From contig NC_043006.1 of the NCBI RefSeq assembly GCF_006345805.1, forward strand, positions 88,784,001 to 88,848,000: a DNA stretch of 64,000 bases, in the 5' to 3' direction. Each line of letters opens with the position of its first letter. Positions within the stretch are counted from its first letter, which is position 1. Positions 53,400-64,000 of the stretch are shown in pieces. Source of the DNA: Octopus sinensis (Eukaryota). The position numbers and the translations under genes are program-made. The notes under the pieces were generated by a model, which did not search any database, was not told the DNA's origin, and saw only the letters and a list, made by a program, of their open reading frames with translations.

Positions 53400-53620
53400 C
53401 AATCAGAAAGTATTTATGAATGAGATTGCAAGCACTATAGGAAGATGTGAACAAACTAACTTTGTCAAGGATTGATGTCTGCTCTTGAGAAAAGACTCAG
53501 ATTTGATACACAGACAAATATAGACAGCTGATAGTTTAGAATGTCAGCCATATTGTACAAATTAGCCAATGGCTAATATCTCAACAATGTAATGTCTCCA
53601 GCAAGGACAATTCCTACGGA
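53400..53620 (-). pseudogene. Possible hAT transposase C-terminal remnant
   Basis: Weak resemblance (LSIFV.VS...LFSRAD) to the hAT dimerisation motif; multiple stops. Confidence 0.25.
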
Positions 53621-53989
53621 CACAGGCAACGCAGTATTGAGTTAATAAGCAATAAAAAAAATCATCGAGGCGGTCGTTCAAATTGTTAGAAATAGTAACT
53701 AAATTTCCTCTGAACCATTAACTAACGCTTTAAGTTACCAAGGACACATCCATTTTGGTATGCGGGACACACTACCTCTTATACACACAAGATGAAATAA
53801 TCACAGATGGTAGACTTTCTAATGTCGATTCACTTGATCATAGCCGGCTTGGCGTTAATGAACATTAATATAACAACAGCTTGCTTCTGTAAGCAGAGCA
53901 GACATTGTATAATTTATTTCTCGGGTATGTGATAAGGCAAGAAATTTATTAGCAGGAATTAATTAGATATTGCTATTACGAGATATTGA

Positions 53990-54200
53990 CGCGGTGAGTT
54001 GACAGAATCGTTAATACGTCGTACAAAATATTTAGCGGCATTTCTTCCGATTCATTACGTTCTGAATTCAAATCAACCCAGGGTCAACTTTATTTCATCA
54101 TTTTGGAATCATTAAAACAAAGTACCAGTAAAGTACTGTGGCCGATGTAATCGGCTTGTCCTCTACCCTTAACATTTTAGCCTTCTGTCAATATTTGTGA
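53990..54200 (+). mobile_element. tRNA-derived SINE
   Basis: ggtgagttgacagaatcgtt...gttctgaattcaaatc...ataagtaccag body. Confidence 0.65.
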
Positions 54201-54835
54201 GAGTTATAAGTTACTTTCTCATTTACCCTGACATTAACTGAAGTAGATTTAAACAACAGAGGGTGGATTAAACAGCAGCCCTCATCTGCGAGCGAATATG
54301 ACTTAATAACATGTTCCATGTCTTTCCTAATTGTTCTACGTATTTATGTAGTTGCTAGCAAACATAGACATTTTCTCGACTCTCCCAACCTTTAACCCAA
54401 TCGCACTTCAATGATGTGACAGCTGGTGGGGAAGAAAACTGCACGCAGTCATTTTCTGCTCAATTTTTGTTCAATAAAAGTAGAGCAACGTGAAATGGAG
54501 TGCTGCTCGGGTCAGGAAATGAACCCGAGGCATTATGATCGAGAAACAAACACCCTTAACACTAGGTTACTCACCTTCACAAAGTGGGTTACAGGTTTGA
54601 TTTTCAGGACATTTACATTCTGGTTTTCCGTAAATACCCCTGCTTCATTTGTGAGAGCTGCATTCAATTTTCCCATGCTTACACATACACACGCGCATAC
54701 ACTCACACACACACACGCGCACACACGCGCACGCACACACACGCATGTATATATATGCATACATGCATATATACTTATTTATATATATATATACATATAT
54801 ATATATACACACATATATATGTATATATATATGTA

Positions 54836-54872
<37 letters not shown>

Positions 54873-54894
54873 TACGTTTAAATATTCCGAATAT

Positions 54895-54929
<35 letters not shown>

Positions 54930-55884
54930 TACATAATTATTTAATAACACTTTCATTCGATCGCATGCAACTTAGTATCATAGGCTCCTCCATCACACCC
55001 AACTCATCCCGCCCAGAGATCTCTGAGTCTGATGAGTTAGGACAAAATTGCGAAGCTGTAAGTTGCATGGAGTCAACTCAAACTGTTAGTTGTTTAATTA
55101 ATAAATAATATTTCGTTTTTGGATTTGGGTTGCAAGATTCTTTATGTTGAAGCATAATCTATTGTGTCTGGGGAGAGTCATTTTCTTTTTGTGCCATATA
55201 ATTTAACACACTCACCGGTAAAATTTCCACTATTTTCTTATTTTTATTTTCCTAAAATTTTCGTTGCGTCTTGCGACCTTTTCAATAGTCTTGAATCTGT
55301 CTGTCATTTACACTGCATTCCCTTTTGATTGTTTGTGCACATGTGTGTGGGTCAATGTGTATGTGCATGCATGTACGTATGTATGCATGTGTGTATGTAT
55401 ATATGTGTGTATATGCAGATGTATATATGTGTCTGCATCTGTATGTATATATTCTGCATATTCATGTGCTTGCGTGTCCGTGTTTGTGTGTTTTTACGTA
55501 TGTATGCGTGCGTGTGTTTGTATATGTGTGCACTTGTATGTGTGTGCATGTCTCAGTGTGTGTGTATGTTTTGCAACTATGTATCTTGTTTGTATTTATG
55601 GATGTGCATCTCCATATGTGTGGACATGTGTCTCCATATGTGTCCTTGCGTGAAGTAACGTGTGTGTGTGTATATATAGTTATGTATTTCAGTCTTCATT
55701 TGCGTATATGTGCTTGTCTGTTCATGTAAGCTATGCACCTAACCGTCTGTATGTTGATCTGTTTATTTTCATATCCATATGCTTACATACATGTGCATAT
55801 ACACATATATACATACATTCACATATACATGCATCTACCTACATAACAGCCCACTAACTATTCTGATCTACCTGTATAAACTGT

Positions 55885-56722
55885 GGGTATGGGGGAATGA
55901 TATCCACTATGTATATTTCATATTTAGTATTGGGGAAGTTTCATTTATAAGGAAGTACTCCCGAATTTGTATGAGTGTTGGGTCATTTGGGTGCTTGGAT
56001 AAGATGCAGATGTCAAGTTGACCTAGGTTGCCTCCATGTTGGGTTTTTTTGTCGTCATATTGTCTCATATGTTCATTTAGTCGTTCCCCAATGCTCCTAG
56101 ATGTCTCCCCTGTCTATGTCATGTTCATGTCATTACATGCACCTTCTATGCATCTTATGCTGTAAACTATATTTCTAGTTTTGCAGTTAATGCTAGGGCT
56201 AATCCTATATACCATGCAGTTATCATTGGTGCATATGGTATTCTCAAAGGGGTACGTCCTCCATAGTTGTGATCTGATGGAGTTCCCTGGCTTTTCAACA
56301 ATCATAATGTTGAGTCTGATCTCCTTCAGAACGTTTCTAAATCTACGGGCTAGTTTTCCATGGGCTGTGACCTCTACAAACATCACTCCTTGATATATGT
56401 CGGTTTTATACCACGTATTCGCCCTGTTTGCTTTGCCACAAGTTATTTTTATCTTATTCCATTCATTGTTTCTATATCTAGGGCAGGTACCACTGGTATC
56501 ATTACACATAATGTTATCTAATTTTGTTCTAGCCCCTCTTTATACTCGAACCCTATCTTTCTGATCATATCCAGAGAACTACATGCGGTGCATGAAGTTC
56601 TGTATATGTTCGTTCGGTTCATAGGATTCGCATAATGGGGACACATTGTTCACTATCCTAACTAAGCTGCTATCAGTATGTTAAGTTTCATGTTGAGTGG
56701 CAAAGCTTGTACACTTACTTCT
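55885..56722 (-). pseudogene. 5'-truncated PLE remnant (Neptune-like RT C-terminus, Cys-rich linker, GIY-YIG)
   Basis: FSGY...VMFVEVT...IVEKPG.SI..QL...PF...C...C...NCK..NIVY.I.C...T*TGETSRSIGERLNEH...P.LN. The GIY-YIG Tyr is mutated to TAG. Truncated at (TA)n. Confidence 0.8.
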
Positions 56723-56747
56723 ATGGTAAGTATATACATATATATAT

Positions 56748-56778
<31 letters not shown>

Positions 56779-57309
56779 TAATATATATATATTATATAAT
56801 ATATATATTATAATTATATATATTGAGTAAAGTTATTTGATTGCAGATCTCCTTTCAGTCTTTTTATTATCACTCGGTCACACATAGTCCCCAGATGGTA
56901 ACATTGATTTCAAGGCCTTCCCAGATGAGTGACTGGTTATTCAAAGACATTTATAGATTGTAAATTTATTCTGTCCAGTTACATATCAGCATAGTGGTCA
57001 TTTGCAAACTTTCATTTCTCCTTAGCCCTCACGTCACACAGTTGTTAATGTTTATTTCAGTTGCGTCACGCCCTTCCAATTGCTATAGATTCGTAATGCA
57101 TCTTACGGCTGTGCCTGTCACCTGGATGGTGAGGAATCCTACATTGGGAGTGGTAACGACTAGGGTAGGGTAACTGACTGCTTATTGTGATAATTCGTCT
57201 TTTGGTCCTGTAGCTTTACTCTCTTTTACAAACCCAGTGAACATATATTTCCTATTTCAAAGAAATTCAAACAATAGATATAAGACCCAAGTTAAACAGA
57301 TTCTCACAA

Positions 57310-57622
57310 TTCAACGTCTCTGGTCGACATTAAGATGCCCACCCCATTTTAGAGCTCCATGACCTTCACTTTTTAGGAGCAAAATCTTTTTAACAGGTTC
57401 AATGACACTGGAACTTTGGAATATGCGCATAAAAATCAGTAATATAGGGTACATGTGGCACGATTACAAATTTTTTTAGGGTGTGTAAAGAGGGAAATAA
57501 CCTTCATCTGCAATTTTGATGAAATTCGAAGCATAGATATTCCAGTTCATTACAGAAATTATAACAGAAAAGTCTAATTCTTCAATTGAATGTAACCGGG
57601 CAACGCCGGGTATCTCTGCTAG
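57310..57622 (+). mobile_element. Helitron-type 3' end of a related family
   Basis: ccgggcaacgccggg hairpin followed by CTAG|T at 57619-57623. Confidence 0.6.
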
Positions 57623-57629
57623 TTGTATA

Positions 57630-57900
57630 TAAATAAAAAGGGGCAGGCAACAGGTTGCTTAGCCACATACCGAAAAATTAGAAATAGCAGTCAAAGACTG
57701 CTTATTTCTATTTTCTACAAATAAGACTCCATATATAACATATCCATGTAATTCGCATATGTAATTCACATATGTAAAACAGAAGGAAAAAATAACGAAA
57801 GCACAGACTCTTATTTATATACAATATATATAGAACTTTTTAAAAAAAGTTCCTACCGATAATGGTTATATTTACATACCGAAATCTACCCGTAAATAAT
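57630..57900 (-). mobile_element. 3' fragment of the HHR-element family (conserved hairpin + ttcggtatgtgg motif)
   Basis: Reverse complement tagaaataagcagtctttgactgctatttcta..ttcggtatgtggctaag matches 38927-38980 and 5910-5971. Confidence 0.6.
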
Positions 57901-57972
57901 TAATTGTTTTTTTTTTAACTATTAAGTGTTTACCCTTATATTATATCTTATATATATATATTATATATATAT

Positions 57973-58032
<60 letters not shown>

Positions 58033-58189
58033 GCCACAGAACCTCCCTCCCAAAACTAGACACCAATATCTAAATTTATCTAATCTTAATAAGATATCTA
58101 TGAAGATAAACAAATGATATCAATGTAAGTAACCTCCACGACCATGAATCCATAAACACTTTCCTCTTTACTAGAAGAAAGTACAACTC

Positions 58190-58370
58190 AGAATAACGAG
58201 ACTAAGACAAAAAAATTCACAAACAAGCATAACAATTATGTATTCTCCATCATCAGTTGCCAAACGAATATCACTATGGTTTCGACACATGGCGAATACT
58301 ATTCAATCTGGGGGTGTCAGCAGCGTGTGGATCAATAGTAATCAGCATGAGTGAAACATTAGCATAGTAT
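58190..58370 (-). mobile_element. Fragment with the stem-GAAA-N23-CTGATGA motif
   Basis: gacac/gtgtc stem, GAAA at 58283-58280, CTGATGA at 58256-58250. Confidence 0.45.
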
Positions 58371-58395
58371 CTAAGTGTGTGTGTGTGTGTGTGTA

Positions 58396-58426
<31 letters not shown>

Positions 58427-59537
58427 TGTGTGAGTGCGATACATGAGATTACTAGGTCCCAGCGTAAAATATATTTGGAACGAAAAGTAACACTCTTGCC
58501 ACTTGCAATCACAACCATGATTTCGTTTATTGTTCCATGTACCTCTGCAGTTACAAAGAGACAGATATACTGGGATTAAATAACATTCAGGTTCTTCCAA
58601 TACAAGACAATTCCATTTTAATTTTAAATGCCAAAATAGACATAGAAGCTATTCAGTTACAGCATCTCTAAGGTTTTACCAATGAATTAAGATGCTTCTG
58701 GTTTATATAGATTAGATTTTATTGATATAAATCGACTGATGAGGCTGATGCAATTGTAAAACTTTCGACTAATTTTCTCAACTTTATAGAAAATTTTGTT
58801 TTTATATCTCAAAATTCTGCATTAAAATCTCTTAGTGACTGACATAAAATCGCATTTTTCAAGATTAATATAATAGGCCTGTTTATAGCCACCAGGAAAT
58901 TACTTGTTCTTAATAATCAAGGCAACATTATTTCTCGGGCAAAAGTTATTCACAAAAACATAACTGCTCAGGGCTGAACTATTTCATGTTACTGAAACGA
59001 AGTTTTGATTTTTGAGAATCATATTTGGTAACGATATTTATTATATACAGGATTGCTACAAGAGATAACTCAAGCAACTTTTAAGGCCAAAGCTGCATAT
59101 TGTTCATTGATAGGAATGGCAAAGTAGTAGAAAACTGCTTCTTTGCTATGTGTGGTGATTGTGATGTCTTTGAGATTTTTCTATATTTAAAGATATATTC
59201 GGAGATATATCTAAAGATATATTCGAAGTCTTTCTTCTGAGGTGTTTACGTGAAAAAAATATTAAAATACTATAGATTTTATATCCGAATTATTAGTTTA
59301 AGTTCCATAACTTATATCATATCAGGTTGAAGATTAATGATGACAAAATCATGTACTCTACCTCTCAATAGCCGACAAATAACGTCAGGAAATATCTTGT
59401 CTGTAAAATCACAGGGTTTCACAGTCGAATGAAAATAACATAGGAATATTTTGTCCCAGGGGTTATAAATTAATATGCTAATGTAGGTGTTGTATGATTT
59501 GGGTATTTTTGAAGAATTAAGAAATTAAGTTTCATCC

Positions 59538-59945
59538 TTCTAATATTAAATGTAGTAAAATGGCAGAATCATTCCGGGCAAGATGCTTAACAGCATTTCA
59601 TCCGTCTTTACGTTCTGAGTTCAAATTCTGCCAAGGTTGATTTTGCCTTTCATCCTTTCTGGGTCGATAAAATAAGTACCAGTTGAGCTCTGGGGTCGAT
59701 TTAATTGACTTGGCTCCTCCCCCAAAACTGCTGGCCTTGTGCCTAAATTTGAAATCAATATCAAATGCAATAAAGTCGGTGAGGTGGCAGAAACGTTACC
59801 GAGCCGGGCAAAATGTTCTGAGTTCAAATTTCGCCGGGGTTGACTTCGCTTTCGGAGTCCACAAAATAAGTATCAGTTGAACATTGTTGTCAATGTAATC
59901 GATTTAAAACTGCTAGCCTTGTGCTAAAATTTGAAATCAATATTA
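59538..59945 (+). mobile_element. Two adjacent tRNA-derived SINE copies
   Basis: tggcagaa A-box-like and gagttcaaattc B-box-like motifs at about 59541/59618 and about 59785/59820; both end aaatttgaaatcaata. Confidence 0.75.
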
Positions 59946-62900
59946 AATGTAGTTGAAACGATAGAGCACAGAGGAGATTCTTCTAAGTTTTACTTTTCCT
60001 TTCATCCCTCTATATGGTTGAGAGTTTTCATTTACTTCCAGTCACATATTGGCGATAAGAGCACTGTCCTCTACAGCTTTCAACAATGTTAAAAATAGAT
60101 AACCCTCCACATTAAATATTAAACCTTTTGTCTCACCTCTCCAGTTGGTACAATCCTTAACAATTACATTGCTGATCTGCTAGCTGCAGACACCGATCGA
60201 CCGACCGAACACCAACTTAAAACAATAACCGTACTGTCCCCACTTTTCTAAGAGGTTATGTAAGCGATATTACAACTGCTCCGCTTCCTTACACTAAGTA
60301 ATAAATATAGAATATCTTGGGTAAATGTCCTTAGCTAGTCAAATGTATCTCACATCTTCAATTCTCAGTTAATTTACAGTATTTCACTTTTTCTACTGGT
60401 TCCCTTCATAAATGAATAACCTCACTTTTCTCTCCAACGAATAAATCAGTATTTCTTTTTATGCGTATCACAGCTTCCATTTTCCAAATAGTGATCATTA
60501 ATTTCCCAGAAATCACAGACCAGGACCAAGATCTCCTTCTGATTCGCCGATATAGCTATTTCACTTTAACTATATACATTAAATTTATTTACATATCTTA
60601 TAGTCGTTTAGGCAGAAGATGACTTGGCACTTTACAATGACTCGGAGAAGACAGGAAGTTATCAGAGTAGAAACTTTGCCCAAACACTCATAACAGCCTG
60701 GACCTTACTGGTGGCACACGGACGACAGGAGATGGTGTTAAGGTGACCAACAGATTAAGTATACTACTCAACAATACGAAAGATCTCAACCGCGGGCTTC
60801 CACAACGTTTCCATTCACTCAGTTTCTTTCAGAAGACTCGGGTTAACCTAATGCAAACATAACACATATTGGACAAAGATTCGGCACAATGAAATCGAAC
60901 CCAAATCCAAGAAGTTTCGAAACAAACTTCTCGACCACACAACTATAAGCAAGGCATGATAGCCACAAGCTCCATTTTCTGGTTTACTCAATCTTAAGTC
61001 AATACAGATATCACTAATTCCAAATAACCTAACAATTGACTCTCTTTATCACAGTTGAATGAGATAAGAAAATTATTGATTAATTGATTGATTGACTGAT
61101 TGAACACAATGCAATGAATTTTATCGTTCCACCTAATTCTATTCAAACATTCTATTTTTCCATGATTTTTCATTTGTCTCTCATTCATTTATTTGTTTAT
61201 TTATATATTTATTTATTGTTTGGATGTTTGCTTTCATTTTTTTTTTCGGTTTGTTTATACTTTTACACTTCCCTTTTATTTTTCATCTGCTTTGTTTTCA
61301 CTGCTATACATTTATACATCTACGAATCTACACATACATACACACACCCACCCATACATACAACATATACACACACACACGCACACACGCACACGCACAC
61401 ACCTCATTCCATACGTATGTGTATGTAGTAATATATATATAATATATATATACTATATTATATATATGATATATATAGTTATATATACCTATATATGTGT
61501 ATATATATATGTGATATATATATGCGGATAATATGTATATATACGTACATATATGCAATACATATACTTATACATCGAAAACCACGCATGCAAAATATAG
61601 ATAAGAGCATACATACGCAAACATTATATATATGTGCATGTGTATGTGTGTATGTATGTATGTACGTGTACAGATATAGAGAATGAGAGATTTACAAATA
61701 TATGTATTACATATATCTATACGTATAGGTACATGTGTATGCGTGTGTATATATATGTATATATATATATATGTATATATATATAAATATATATATATAT
61801 AGTTGCTTACAAATACCTTCTAATGATCACCACATCACATCAAACACAGACTTTTGTTTATTTTACTATAATTCTATAGTTTACAACTCCTCACCAAACA
61901 CCTACACATGCACATACACACACATAGACAAACATACAAACACACAGACGTACATACACACACACTCACACATACGACAGACCGTACATTGCATGTCACT
62001 AGATGCTTTCTACGTAACTCTTACAAACTTACTTTCTTCTTTTTTACTTCCTTTCCTTGTTTCTCTCTCTCCATTCCTCATTTACTGTCTTCCCCTTACC
62101 CTTTCTTTATTTCTTTCTTGTTTTTGTTTATCAGCATACCTCACTCTAAATGGGACCTATGGTGTATGTAACTCTGTGTGTGTGTGTTTGTATGTGTGTG
62201 TGTGTATATGTGCGTGCTGCTTTTGTGAATATTTGGATGAATGAGTAGATGTGCGTATGTTTGATGGCATAAGGGTGTATATATGAATGTGTGCTTTTGA
62301 TACATGTATAGAATCATATGAATGTATGTATGTATGTATGTATGTATGTATGTATGTATGTATGTATGTGTGTGTGTATGTATGTGTGTATGTAAACACG
62401 CATATTTATATATGTGTCTGTGTGTGTGTTTGCTTGTGCGCTTCTTTGTGCTTATAATGTATTATATCATATATGTGTGTCTAAATGAATGCATATATAT
62501 ATATATATATATATATATAGTGGTTGTATACTGTCAACATAACGCTGTTTAGTCCTAGGAAGCATCGACGCTTCCTGTCGGCTTTGACACATTTCCTGTG
62601 TCCTTACATTTGTGAAGGGGAGGCAAGCACCCCCACCAGCCAAGATTCACACCTTTATATATATATATATATATTATATATTATATATATATATATAAAA
62701 CTATACATACATACATATTATATATGTATACAAGTATATGTATTGTATATTATGTAGGTGTATATATACTATATATGCATACATATAATGTACTAACATA
62801 AAACATTCATTATTACATTCGTTGGTATATATAATAATATATATATATAATAGTATATATATATATATATATATGATATAATATATATTAATAGTATAAT

Positions 62901-62949
62901 TAATATATATATATATAAGTGTATGTATATATAAGTGTATATATATATT

Positions 62950-63327
62950 TCTTCTTTAATCTTTATCCCCGTCTGTCTTGATAGACAATGGGTTGCGCCA
63001 AGGGTGGGGACTACTTTGATGATGGTGCAGCGTCTGCTGTGACTGAACAGTCCAATTCTAGAGTGGCAGTCCTTGGTACAGTTGCTGCACACGAACATCG
63101 ATGGGTACGTGTGGGGTGTTGCTGCAGTTGTCCTCCTCCTGTCCCGCCTGTCAACCACAGCTGTGCTCTCTCTCTCCTCAGCCATGGAAACGCCTTTCCT
63201 CACCGTCCGACGCCAGGCAGAGCGGTCAGCAGCTGTTTCCTCCCACGTGTCCACACAGATGTTGGCAGTTCTCAGGTCGCGCTTGCACACGTCCCTGTAT
63301 CGTAGCTGTGGACGTCCCTTGGGTAAG
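62950..63327 (-). mobile_element. 5'-truncated RTE-clade LINE (3' end with C2H2-type zinc finger) inside (TA)n
   Basis: GRPQLRYRDVCKRDL...WEETAADRSAWR...CSNCTKDCHSRIGLFSHSRRC, then a 3'UTR ccattgtct..caagacagac typical of RTE. Confidence 0.85.
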
Positions 63328-63470
63328 TGTATATATATATATAAAAGTATATGTATGTATATTATGTATGTGTATATATATATACATATATATGCATATA
63401 TATATACATACATTTATATATATATATACACACGTACACATATATATACACATACATTTATACATTCGTT

Positions 63471-63503
<33 letters not shown>

Positions 63504-64000
63504 ATATGTATGCATGTATGTAGGTAGGTAGATAGGTAGGTAGGTAGGTAGGTAGGTAGGTAGGTAGGCAGACAGGTAGATGTTTATGTATATTCAGAAG
63601 TAATTGCCATATTTATACAATATGCGTATCTAAATGATGTTTGGTGTGTGTATATATTTGTATTTGTGCATTTTGCGTGTGCATGCATAAGTGTATGTTT
63701 AGTATGTGCATGTGTGAAACAGATGCAGTATGCACTGAACGCCATTGAGCTGCAACAACTGAGCTCTGTCCAATGCGCCTTTCAGAAGACGAGTTGAGAT
63801 TCCATAAAACAGATGTCCGTTTAACAAGGAGGACATATCTTCTCTATTGTCTGGAGACAGCATCTACTAAATACATAGAAATCTCTATTAGTATACATCA
63901 TTCATAATGGCTGTTTTATTGCTGTTATTGCTGTTATTCTTGTTGTTGTGGTGGTGGTGGTGATTGTTGATGTTGTTGGTGATAGTGGTGATGATGAAAA

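Noticed and set aside
55029-55065. CTGATGAG...CGAAG as a hammerhead
   Set aside because: GAAG instead of GAAA, stem II barely pairs, no stem I.

Overview
AT-rich animal genomic DNA, saturated with microsatellites. The SINE and repeat repertoire suggests a cephalopod such as Octopus (inference). No host gene, rRNA, tRNA gene or CRISPR array is recognisable; most six-frame ORFs are microsatellite translations. The window is a retroelement landscape. It holds (1) a near-intact Penelope-like element (PLE; RT + C-terminal GIY-YIG, minus strand, 15096-17781) with a canonical hammerhead ribozyme (HHR) about 600 nt downstream; (2) a full-length L1/Tx1-clade LINE (26445-32306) with a 22-bp TSD, inserted in the (ATT)n tail of a SINE; (3) decayed R4/Dong-like, RTE, two further PLE, mariner and Helitron remnants, plus many SINEs. 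The most notable signal is a set of non-coding, (TA)n-flanked, partially tandem elements of 550-850 bp. Two carry foldable type I HHRs: a 3.3-copy array of about 600 bp whose 5' end coincides with the predicted GUC cleavage site, and a 552-bp unit with a variant core. In these two elements and in the PLE 3' region, the cleavage site lies about 190-215 nt upstream of the 3' end, with a strong hairpin in between. Together they look like a retrozyme-type system with a candidate PLE helper in the same window. All RNA structures were folded by eye and need computational and experimental confirmation.
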